From Perkinsus chesapeaki ATCC PRA-425 (taxonomy: Eukaryota; Protista; Perkinsozoa), in NCBI GenBank assembly GCA_013115145.1, contig JAAPAO010000002.1, forward strand, positions 124,001 through 188,000: a stretch of DNA of 64,000 nucleotides, written 5' to 3'. The notes under the pieces were generated by a model, which was not told the DNA's origin, made no database searches, and saw only the letters and a program-made list of their open reading frames with translations. Position 1 is the first letter of the stretch. Each line of letters starts with the position of its first letter. The translations under genes were made by a program, and so were the position numbers. Positions 51,134 through 62,601 of this stretch are shown in pieces.

Positions 51134-54100
51134 CTAGCCGTCACGAGCCTCAACTTCGGGCTCGCTCTTGGCGACTACTTTTGACCACATAAGCTCGTCT
51201 TCCTGGAACATGTTGTACCTTTCAGCGGCTTCGCAGTGCTTTTCCCATTTTCCCCACTCGTCCGCATACCCCTCTTCATCGTCATCGACTCGGCCACATG
51301 ACGCCATAGGGTCTCTGAACATCTGATCAGCCGTCAGCTTCATATAATGGGAGAATCTCCGGCACCAATTAGCCGGGTAGAACTCGGGTGCTAGAGTCAC
51401 AGCAAAGGACCAGGCCCCACGAGCGCTGTTCTGCTCCAAGCTCATGCTCCGTTTGCGGTGGCCGGGCCCTTCACGCCACTGCTGTCGCTGGACCCAGCCC
51501 CACGATCTGTCATTATCGTCGTCACGGAAGCCAACCTTGTCAACGTGGACGTGACGCAACCTCCCATTGCCGCGAACGCGAGTATCCAGCGAGAGGAAGT
51601 TCAAGAGAGTCGCTTCGGGGTTACCTGGCTGGTCAAATACGGTATAGTCCCGCCGCCTGAGCTTATCAGAAACATGCAGCACCGCATCCATCACCGAGCC
51701 TCTTTCCAAAGAAAAGTCAAAGTCAAAATCGCGCCAGTCGGCCAGTAGAGCCAGCATCTGGCTTTCCATCGGCCCGTCTCGCAGCGGCGTGTAGAGAGTC
51801 ATGCCGACGTTCTCGTTCTGGTCAGCGCGAGCCAAGCTGAGAGTTATCCAAGCAATTATCATATGCTCCAGCGGAATGTGGTAATGCTCCTCCGCCAGGT
51901 AGCGGAAGTGACAAATGAATCTATTTGTAATTTTGCAATAATGATGATATGCATCTCGGGTCATGAATTCATCATAGAAGTAGGACCCGCGGAAGCTGCT
52001 TCGATCCGGGGCACCATGGGTCACTCGGAGACCATCGTAGAATCTTTGTTGCAGCAGAGGGCGAGGGTCCACCACCTCGAGTGGTTCGGCAGTCAAGTCC
52101 TCGTCGGTGAATGCCTTGCTAAGGTCATCCGCGATCGGAAAGTAGGAAAGAGCGTCCGACCACGCATGGCGTATCATAATAAAGAGGAACTGGCGTCTGA
52201 CGATGTACTTCTCTGGATCGTTGGGGTCGTCGATGCGCTGTTGTACCAAATAGAGCTTCAACGGAGTGTCATCTGTCCTGTCGTCTTCCATGTCGTTCCT
52301 AGCGCGGAACATCTGCCGCTGACATTTGCGAGGATCTTTTCCCCAAGACCAGCGAACACCGATAGGCACATGATCGTCACGCTCAGTGCACACTACCTTT
52401 ACCCAGGCATGCCACAACGGCTTGCAAATCAGCACCCTTAGCCACCAGGCGGTCCAAGAGTCCTCGGGAAGGCGAGACAGAGTAGGTAACAGCACCATGA
52501 CACTGTCGTAGAGGAAACTGGCTATTCGCGCCGGCCCAACGATGTGAGCTCGGAGCATAGGATGACGGTCGACCATACGATCAACGGCAGCTTGGAGGCG
52601 ATCCATGTCGAGATCACCGCGGATCTGGAAGGCCCACTTGCACACTCTGGTGAGCTGACCAGGCGCGAACCACGCGCGGAAGGGCTCGTTAGGGCCTATC
52701 GGTCTCAAAGCCTCCTGCTCTTTCCTGGGAGACTGCAGAAGTTCCACCAAGCGCGCAACGTCTTTGCAAATCAAAACGTCCTTCGCAGCAACTTGTACAG
52801 GGAGCTTCTTCATCAACATCGACACTTGCAGTGAGGTCATCCCGCCGAGATCCGTCTCAGCCTTGACGTTAGACCAACCAGTAATACCCGACACCAAGGC
52901 GCACACGTCCTCTAAGTTCACATCACCAACCAGTTGGGTAGCATCAGGCACTGTGCGAACAACGTTACGGACGCCTTTCACGAAATGGGTTCTAGTCCAG
53001 TCGAACCTATCTAGCGCTCGCTCTTCCCACCACCACTTCAGGAAAGTACGATATCTGTAGACCTGGGGCGGAACCTCCAATTTCTCATTCGGGACAGACT
53101 CTTCCTCAGTTGTTTCGATCGGTGTAAGCGTTTCTGGAATCTCATCAGCATCCGACGCCGACATGATATCGTCATCCACACTCTCGTGATCACTTGGACC
53201 AGGAGTAGCTGCAGCAACACCACTACCCTCAATCGTCAAGGTAGGCGAGCCTGTGGTGGACACACCATTACCATCGTCGGAGTTTCCACCTTCACTTTCC
53301 CTCACGGGCGAAGCGTTCTCGTGTTCGGAGAGCAGCCGGATCTTCGACAGTTCGGTAGCCTCCTCTACGCCCCCTTCTGGGGCCTCATCAGTCAGCACAC
53401 TGGCGGCGTCATGTCTTCCCAAACCGCCGTCGATGCTTTCGTCGTCCCTGGGCGCATCCACCTTATCGTCCTTCACAGCACTCGCAGCATTCCATGACCC
53501 TGCATTCTCCCAATCAGACGCATCCTGTGCAGTGCGCAACCATTTGAATGAGAAGTACCACCAAAACCACTGAGCGTTGTACTTCATCTGGCGCTTGGCG
53601 AATCCCCAGGAGAACCACTTGGCCGATTCGTAGCTGCCCTGGTTGCCTATAGCATACCAGAAAGCAGGAGCCCACGACAGGAGGCGACCGTCTTTGAATG
53701 CCAACCATGCCCCGATGAGCGTCCAAGCCCATGTAAGCCGCTGGACTGGCTTGAAACGGCGCGACAGAGCGAACCAACCAATGAAGAAGCCAAGACGATC
53801 AAACGGCGAATTTCTGATTAGACGCAAAAAGAATAGGCCCGCCCGCTCTCGCAAGGTTTTCGCGTCGTCGTTGAACGCGGTCATATGGAGGGTCGACAAC
53901 CACATATAAGGAAGGTGCAGCAGGAACTCGCGCGGACCACAAGCCAAGAAGGATCCTGCGCCCCAGAGACCGACACGCTTCCACGCGCTCATCAGGCGGC
54001 GCCATCGCTCTGGCTCCGAGGAAAGCCTCCAGCAATTCTCATGACCGAGCATCTCCTTTACCAACTGGAATCGATCTATCTTGTTCGTGTTGGCATTCCT

Positions 54101-55928
54101 CGGCAAAGGCTTGTATGACATACGAATCGTCAAGTCGAGCACGGCCGCATCCTTATTGGCAGCCAAGGCGCTTCGGAGAGTGTTGTACTGGCCAAGCATA
54201 GACAGAGCCATCTCGTCCTCCTCGGTTATCGCATACGAGGGCGCTTGCAATTCCCCATCCTCCGAGCCACTGCTGTCCGAGGAATCAGCATACCAATCGT
54301 CAGAGTCGGAGTCACTCTCCTCCGCCTCGGGCTTCTTCATATAAACAAACATATAGTTGCGACCGTTGTGAGAGAGCACCGAAGCTTCCTCGACGGCTGC
54401 ACCACAGGACAACGCGAGCTGCTCTATTGGGAGAGCATCAATCCATACACCACCAGAAGCTTTGAGCCGACCCCCTAGACGGCCAAGGTAATGTATCCGA
54501 CCTGCAATGATGAAATGAGACCAGCGCGCAACCTCGTTCCCCAGTAGTACCTGCGTCATCCATTTCGGCGACGTCTCCAGTTCTGAACCAGCCTTCGGCG
54601 TCTGTTAGAAGTTGACAAACGAACGGCCCGCGCATCATAAGCTCGCCGCGCCTCCGACTAAGTTTAGAAAGATGTCGCTCGTTTCAACTATCAGACCTAT
54701 TACCCGCTCCTCGACGGATCCGTCTCCTGGTCACCCAATGGGGCGAGTTTAATCGCTACTTCTTTGGAACGCAGAGTTCGGAACATACCACTACCGTCTG
54801 AGATGAACGCCGATGGGGAGCTAACCACGAGTAGCTCTAGACGAAACTTGAATCACTCTCATCTGCAGCTGCGAAATCCCATAGTGTCAATTCCGATTCA
54901 ACCAAGTTAATCCAACCCCCTATTACCGTCGCAAAGCAAACACAGCCAGAACTCGGTGGCAGTGAGCAAATCAATCACTCGGGCGGATCCGACCAGGGCC
55001 TGGAGCTCGGCGAGCTTGGCCGGAGTGGATGCCTCGCCCCAAAGCAACAGGTGCGTCAGCTTGCATTTTGACAACAAAGTTGCGTTCAAGAACAGCTGAG
55101 TCGGAACCGCACCTACTACTGTGGGAGGGTAGGCTGTGCACTGCAGACCGGCCTTCAGGTTATCAGCGAACAGACATACACCCCCTATCGAGAGAGCAAT
55201 GTTCACCTGGCCCATCATAGACGCCAACCATTGGAGACCCGCGAACTGGAGGACCACCGGTTGGGGGCCGCCTGGCGGCAACTTGACCACCTCCTGGGCG
55301 TATCCTCGCAGTTCCGATAGCGGCATACCATGCGTAACTATTATCATTTTTGGTGTTCCAGTGGTTCCGCCGGAGAACATCTTGAAAAGGGGCCTGTAAC
55401 CGGGGTCGCAAGTCGACAGCTCGGGAGCCTCCCATCCGGTTGGACGAGCCGGCACATCCTCCGGAGCGTCGACAACACGACACGGTGCCATCGAAGCGAG
55501 GCTCCCTGTATTCCCGACTCCTGGTCGAGCAATCAGGATATCAGGTTTAGTTTGATTGATAAGATGACGTAGGCGCCTAAAATAGTATACAACTTTTTGA
55601 CACAAATCTGACCACCCCCGAGTTACCCTTCGTTTGCAGAGGGATCCAACGGGGCCATCACCGTACCAAGAGCGCTGCATGCCAATAACACACTCACCCA
55701 GGTGGCCGATCGCTCGATCGCCACTCCCACACAGTCCCCTTCTTTAACCCCCAGTACTTCACTGAGCCAGTAAGCCATGTCTTTGCCCTTACTGCAGATC
55801 TCAGCGTATGTCAACACACCCGTGACGGTACCATCAGTTTCGAGTGTCGCGCACGCAGTGAGGCTAGCCAGTAGAGGGTCCTCGAAAGCGTGATGGTAGA
55901 GGTTATAAGGGTACTTGTAGGCCACCAT
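51134..55928 (-). CDS. Single-module NRPS-like protein: A domain - Trp-rich insert - carrier (T) domain - terminal condensation domain
   Basis: A-domain motifs LTYAEI, MAPLDP, FSGGTTGTPK (55348-55380), LWGEA, GELMMRGP, WFRTGD, GRIHYLGR and NKIDR. T domain DLGGMTSLQ (Ser codon 52832-52834). C domain GDLDMDRLQAAVDRMVDRHPMLR and RHAWSDA (52151-52171). Several 5' introns, then an exon of over 3 kb. Confidence 0.85.
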
Positions 55929-56073
55929 AAGACTCAAAAGATGTCGAGTCCGACGCCAACTGAAAACGAACATTGCTACCGCGGCAAGTTTCCCAGAACT
56001 CGATGTCCAAGACTAGTGGGGAAAGTCAGTGTAAATGGTGCAAAATTGATGTACAGGTGCGGACACAGGTCAC

Positions 56074-56553
56074 TTAGCATAATAGCGGATCCAGCGGGGC
56101 GGCAGGTACTGGTGGCGGTCCCCGAAGTCCTTCGCCGAGTTGCACGGTAACCTGACCCTCTGGTTCGACGGAATATCCCGACAGTAATGTTGTCGCATCG
56201 CAAATTAATTGCTGATTGCCGAAATCCAGCGGAGTGGGACCTTCCGGGGCCTCCGGTGCCGCCATAACTGCCGCCAAGTTACTGGTTTCTTCCACTGGCG
56301 TATTGTACGGCATCGAAACCGATAAACTCGCTCGAGAAACCCCTCGTGCACTCAAACCGCAGCAGTGCTCGTGTGTTTGCTTTACCACACGGTCGCCTGT
56401 GGTCACTAAACGGGCCTTGCAGCCTTTTCCCCGAGACTTGCAAGCCCAATAGACTCGGTCCTTGTAAACTCGCTGCATGTGGTACACGTTGTCGTCTACT
56501 ATGCAGACTACTTTGCCCCGCTGCGACGTCCGGAAAGTGGCAGTTTTCGCCAT
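56074..56553 (-). CDS. FLYWCH-type zinc finger protein
   Basis: SQRGKVVCIVDDNVYHMQRVYKDRVYWACKSRGKGCKARLVTTGDRVVKQTHEH matches the FLYWCH pattern (YW-C...C-ARL...H-H). Confidence 0.75.
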   Translation of the reverse strand: MAKTATFRTSQRGKVVCIVDDNVYHMQRVYKDRVYWACKSRGKGCKARLVTTGDRVVKQTHEHCCGLSARGVSRASLSVSMPYNTPVEETSNLAAVMAAPEAPEGPTPLDFGNQQLICDATTLLSGYSVEPEGQVTVQLGEGLRGPPPVPAAPLDPLLC

Positions 56554-57137
56554 CAAAAGAACATAAAATCAACTAATTCACGACTGCTTATTATTCTCGA
56601 AATCTCCTCTCCCACCGATCGCCGCCTCGGCGTTGCGGTATAGATTTACAGATCTTGCATTCTTGTCTTTCCTCAACGTTTTTCTGCGTTGCCTCCGAAA
56701 ATACAAGATTGGACCGCTAAGGTTACCTGTATACCTTGACCAAGCATCGTCGGGCTACCCTTTGCATATCACGGCTCAAACCCACTGGAATGATGCCCTG
56801 TTCGACTGATTCTCAGGCGTCTGCCTCTCTGGATGACCCTAGCCAGATTCTGACGGTAGCTACTACGTGAGCCCCGACGGTGCCTTGGCGCATTTAATTT
56901 GTGGTGCTAATCCTGTGTTATAGTCCCTCGCCCCCTCCCCTAACCCTCCCTCGCTTGTCCTATTCGAGGACTGCGTATCGCTGACCGTTAGCCTTGAACA
57001 AGTACCGCCAACTGGGCACAGGTTTTTCGTTTGATCATCGGTCCTCTCAGGCATTTAGGATAACTGTGATTAATCTAGGCTTGTACCGTGACTTCTTTGT
57101 TGTTTGCAGAGCGTTCGGTCCCACCACCCTTCCTCCT

Positions 57138-58312
57138 ATGTATAGCCGCAACACTCTGTACGTGGGGAACATCTCTTCGCGTACCACTGAGCGTGACATC
57201 AAGGACGAGTTCGGTCGATATGGTCGCGTCATTCGATGCTACATTCCTCCGGGAAAGAACATATGTTTCGTCGAGTACGATGATGAGCGTGATGCTGAGG
57301 ATGCTTACCGTGGCATGGCGTCTGCGCGCGTTGACGGTAACACTTTAAACCTGCAATGGGCGAAGGCCGGCCCCAGGTGAGCCTAGAAATGTCAACTCAT
57401 GGGGCGTGGAGTTGTTCTTTTCAGGGACCGCGTGCGAAGATACTACGGCTCGCCCTCTCGAGGTTATGGCCGCAGGCGTTATGGTCGATCGAGAAGCCGC
57501 AGCTACTCTCGCGGTCGTTCCCGCCGTGGTCGTAGCTACCGTTCTCGGTCACGGTCTTACTCTTCCCGATCTCGCTCTTATTCTTCGAGGTCTCGCTCTG
57601 GATCCTACGATAGTCGGTGAGTTGCTGTACATTAGCGCTGCGTGTCACAGTTTTGCTTTTGATCAGGTCCGATAGCAGAGACCGCCGCCGCTCTTACTCG
57701 GAGTCGCCGAAGAAGCACCACGACAGTCGCGATCGCTCCTCTACTGCGAAGGCCGAGGACAGAGAGCGGTCTCGTCACGAGTCAAGGTCCAGAACAGCCC
57801 GCAGAGATGACCGAGATGAGCGCAGGTCCAGGAGCCGAAGCGAGAAGGCGAGCGTGAGCCGCTCGAGAGATCGCAGTGAGCACCGTGAGGATCGTTCCAA
57901 GTCTCGCGAAGCCGATCGCTCTCAATCCCGCCGCTCGCGGAGCCGCAGCGAGCATTGGGACAGTCGCTCTAAGAGCCGCAACGATGAGCGATCGAAGGAC
58001 CGGGTTGAGGCTGACCGCCGCAGTGAGAGCCGACGCAGTGGCAGTGAGAAGCGAGGCCGAAGTGCCAGTAGGGTCGATGAGAAGGAGAGTACTGATAAAC
58101 GAAGCGCGTCACGCGACTCAAGGCCTCGTGAAGAGTCTGAACGTCGCAGTCGTTCTCGCCGTGATAGTAAAGACCGCAGCGAGCGCAGGAGTTCAAGCCG
58201 CAATGATCGTAAGAGGAGCGCCTCTCGCGATGCCAGTAAGAGCCGGCAGAAGAGCGCCCGAAGGGACGAGAGTGAGAAGTCTCAAGTTGCAGAGGATCAC
58301 AAAGACGACTAG
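57138..58312 (+). CDS. SR splicing factor (RRM plus long RS/RD domain)
   Basis: TLYVGNISSRTTERDIKDEFGRYG...CFVEYDDERDAEDA, followed by RS-rich exons. Confidence 0.9.
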
Positions 58313-58419
58313 TTTCTCTACCTACTTCGACTGAACGGTATCACATTATCTCTCACCTCCTCAAGCTTATCGGGTTGGGTTGGTTGGCGTGGTAACTTCT
58401 CCTTGTCAGTTATTTCTTG

Positions 58420-60865
58420 ATGTCCTCGTCAGCTGGAGCGGTGGTGGCCGTGGCATCTGTTCGGTCACCCGTATCACCGGTTATCGAGATTGAGCTCCCG
58501 GTGTCCGCCCGAGATTCTACAAGTATTACGCCACGTCCTTCACTGGCTCCTGGGAAAGGTTCCGATGCTGCAGTGCTTTTGTGTGGCTCTCAAGTCTTCG
58601 ACATCTTCCCCGAATCCTCAGACTTGCCCACCGACCTAGACTGCGAACCAGAATCCGTTACTCTCTCCAGCGGCCATAACTATGCTCTGCTCCGTGATGG
58701 TCAAGTGCTCACCCTCGGGGACCCCCCTCGGCCGTTTAAGCCTCTGAAGGGTGTGGTGATTTCTCAGCTCCTCGCAGGTACAGGCTTCATGCTCGCTGTA
58801 TCCCGGGACGGTAGCGCCTATACCTGGGGTGTGTCCCTACTTGGTGCCCTGGGCCGCAGCAGTCTCAGTGAGTCTCTCCAGCCTGGGCTCGTTCCTCTAT
58901 CCGCGCATGCAGTATCTGCAGCAGTTGGTCCAGAGCATGTGCTGGTCTACGGTGACGATGGGTCTCTATACGGTTGGGGCAACAACTATAATGGGCAGGT
59001 CCGGCCTGGTGGTCCTGAAGTGATTGCAGAACCTACCCCCGTTGATTCTATATCTGCTTTGCTGTGTAAGATCTGCACTCCCTTGCTGGCCTGTGGGGCA
59101 GACCACTCGGTAGGAATGTGTGCTTGCGTGCTCGATGACGACTGTCACTTTAAGGAGGTCATTCTTTGGGGCGGCCACCGCCTGCCGGGAGTTTCTACCT
59201 GTAACGATGTCGTCAGGCGCATAAGCTGTCCACCGGACTCTCGGTACATAAAAAGTCTGGGCTCTCGCAGTGCCGTGGCATCTCCTTCTGGCGTCTACGT
59301 AGTCTTCGGTTGCTCGGGCGTGGACAGCGTAATCGCAGGGGAACATGTTAAGGATGGCTACCGGCTAAGTGACCTGATGATGGTCTCGGACCGGTTGCTC
59401 TTGCTCTACAGAGAGTCGCCCGGATTAAAGCATCGTTGCCTTAGCGAGAGAATGCAGACTGATTCGTGGTCCTTTCGTCCGGCTAACTTACCGGCGAAGT
59501 CCTGGTTGGAGCGTCGGCGTCATCGGGCCCAGGTAAGTCTTCAGCACGAATTTCCTTTTGGCGAGGCTTGGCTTTGTCAGGTAGCTGAGATATTTGAGCT
59601 TGGCAAGCTGAACCGACAGAAGCAGACCTCGGCTCTACTCGAGCGACAAAGAGAGGCTGAGAGGCTTACAGAAGTGCGAAGTTGCAGCAAAGCTTGCACT
59701 ACTGTACTTTGCGGATTCAGGTGTGGATGAAAGACTTGCTCCCACACTACATGCCGCATCGGCCTGTACCATTGCGGATGGCTTCCTTATGGAGACTAAA
59801 CGGTCTTCCTCCACGGGCCAGAGCTGCTCTGTGGCCTGCGGCGATTGGGAATCCATTACGAGTTACAAGAAGTCTGTACGATGTGCTGATACGAAAGGCG
59901 AAGTGGGTGGTCTTCAACACTAAAAAAGATTCAAAATCCACTCTTCAGGGTCGAAGAAGCCAAGTGGTTGAAGGAGATAAGCACTATGGCCACTACCGCA
60001 GACGGTTCTCCGGCAGGGCGCGCAGAGTCTGGTAAGGTAGCGAACTATCGCTTTCTGTGGATAATTCGGTCTGCATAGGTTCATTTATATCGCACCTCCG
60101 AGCAATCGACCTTGACCTACCACGGACTCTGCCAGACCTCGCGGTGATGAGTATGCCGGATGGCCCACTGCGCAAAGAGTGTCGCCTTGTACTGTCCGCG
60201 TTTGCCATGTATAGACCTGACATCGGCTACGTTCAAGGTCAGTGGATCTCCCTTACGGCGATGGCTGACCGATATCACTACTTTTAGGTATGTCCTTTCT
60301 GGCAGCTATGCTCCTCCTTTACATGGACTCATTCTCTGCCTTTGTTTGTCTATCATCCTTGCTCCTGAGTTCTCCGACGCTGCTAGGCCTATACCAGCTT
60401 GACATCGAGACCAACACTCGGCGGTTTCGCATTTTTATGCGTCTACTCCGAGCGCATAATCCGGCGTTGCATCGCCATCTGACTGACGTGGGTGTTTGCC
60501 CAGAGCAGTTTCTCCCCATGTGGTTTCTGACATTGTACTCGAGGCCTTTGACCACAGAGTCTGCCGCTCTAATCTGGGACCTTTATCTGTTGGACAAGGA
60601 GCCTGTTCTTTATGTGGCCGGTATAGCTATCCTGGACATACTTTCTGACCGTTTGCGAACTCGTGATTTCGACGAGTGTCTTATGCTTCTGCTAAGAGAC
60701 ACTCGTGAGATTATCGGCAATGATCGGGAGACTCTGTTGGATGCTATGAACTCCGTAGTCGTACCCGACACTACTTATCTGGAGATCACAGACTTGGAAG
60801 CTGAGTTTGTCCCTCCTCTAGCGCTCCCCAGTGAACGATTATTTGCATGTACTTCGCCGCCCTAG
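58420..60865 (+). CDS. RCC1-repeat plus TBC (Rab-GAP, TBC1D12/14-like) domain protein
   Basis: RCC1 repeats (GSAYTWGVSLLGALG, GSLYGWGNNYNGQV, LACGADHSV). TBC motifs GLPPRARAALW, IDLDLPRT (Arg finger), GYVQG|MSFLAAMLLL (Gln finger) and WFLTLYSRPL. Confidence 0.85.
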
Positions 60866-61000
60866 GCCGTAATTGATTTGGGGACTTTCTGTACCCGTGC
60901 TTTGTGACACTTGAGACTTGCCACTGCGGATCGTCGTGTTGAGGGGCACTCGGTCCATCTAGTCCCCTTGTTGTCTAGCAGCGTTTGATTTTTTGGTCAA

Positions 61001-62112
61001 ATGTCCCGCCAGTCCGGTTACGACCGCGCTATTACAATTTTCAGTCCCGAGGGACGCCTGTATCAGGTAATGGGAAGTTATTTTTTGCGGGTCTTGGTAG
61101 CAGAGATTGGATGCCAGGTCGAGTACGCCTTCAAGGCTGTAAAGACATCAGGGCTAACATGCCTCGCATTGAAGGGCCAGAATACGGTTGCAGTAGTCGG
61201 CCAAAAGAAGATCCCGGTAGGGGGATCTATTCTAAGATTTTAACCTGTCATTTCACTCGTGTTAGGATAAGCTCCAAGACGGCTCTTTCACTAACTCTAT
61301 CTACCGCATTACGCCTAACATTGGTGTTGCTACTGCTGGAATGCCGGCAGATGCCCGAGCACTCGTCAACAGAGCTCGCGAGACAGCTTCTGAGTATACT
61401 TGAGTGCTATCTCGGCTACTTACGATTAGGCTTCACTTTCAGGTATGAGGATAAGAACGGGTGTGAAATTCCGTGCCACTACCTTGCCAAGAAGATCGCT
61501 GACTTGGCGCAGGTCTACACCCAGCATGCTTACATGCGACCATATGGCCTCAGTACGAATGTCCTGAGGTTTTTGTGAGACAAAGTACCTCATTTCAGTT
61601 GCACTCTTCTTTGCCATTGATGATGAGTTTGGCCCTCAACTACTGAAGGTCGATCCCGCGGGACACTATGTTGGCTGCAAGGCTGCTGCAGCTGGCACCA
61701 AGGAGCAGGTAATGGCGTTCATTCACTGTCGTACATCTCGATTTCACCTTTTCCCAGGAAGCTACGAATGCGTTGGAAAAGATTGTCCGAAAGAGAATGG
61801 ACTCCGGCGCAACTGAGGGCTTCGACGAGAAAGATACTATTGAAGAGGCTATTGCTGCCTTACAAACTGTGATGCGGCCGAATTCCCATGGTAGACTGTA
61901 TCTTGTTTTTTGTAGGTGTTATCCGTGGATTTCAAGTCTAGCGACATTGAGGTCTGCGTCGTGAGCACCCGAGACACCAGATTTAGGTAGTCTCAATAAC
62001 ACACCATTCAACGGCAAATCGTAATTGGCATCCGGTGGAAATTCTCCTTGTCAGGAAACTCACTCCGTCAGAGATCGATGAGCATCTGAATGCGATCGCC
62101 GAGAAAGACTAG
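61001..62112 (+). CDS. PSMA6: Proteasome subunit alpha type-6
   Basis: [18 protein letters not shown]|[36 protein letters not shown]|EATNALEK and [13 protein letters not shown]. Confidence 0.95.
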
Positions 62113-62601
62113 GGGGTTAATGATATGATTGTTGGTTATTTTCACTGCGGAAGTGTTTCGAATATGCAATCAACTTGTGTTTTGTAGTGGGGTCCCATGG
62201 TGTCCTCGGTCGCAAACTGCTTCGGCATCGTTTGACAAAATAGTCGCAGCCAACGGTGGTTTTGTGATTACGCCATTGGCACTGATTATAGCTAAAAATG
62301 TTTGCCGAGCTTTGCAAGTAATCAGCGTCGTTGATATCATTCCCGAATGCAACGAATTTCGCTCACACATTCAAAGCCTTCAGACGCAAGTACGTAAAAG
62401 GTCTGCCAAGTATGATGAAGGACAATGGTTTAATTGGACCAATTCACTGCAAATGCGTCTGACATGTCATTGCCAATACCAACTGCATTCAATGTAACTC
62501 AAGTAAAGCTTTCAGCTTGAATTGAAACACAGTGCACTTAACGAGTATAACAAGAGAACAGTGGTATTTCCTGTTTCGCAGTTCGCAGTGCGCGACAAAC
62601 T

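Noticed and set aside
57700-58312. Repetitive sequence and overlapping ORFs on both strands
   Set aside because: Explained by the low-complexity RS/RD domain of the SR protein; not a repeat array or CRISPR.
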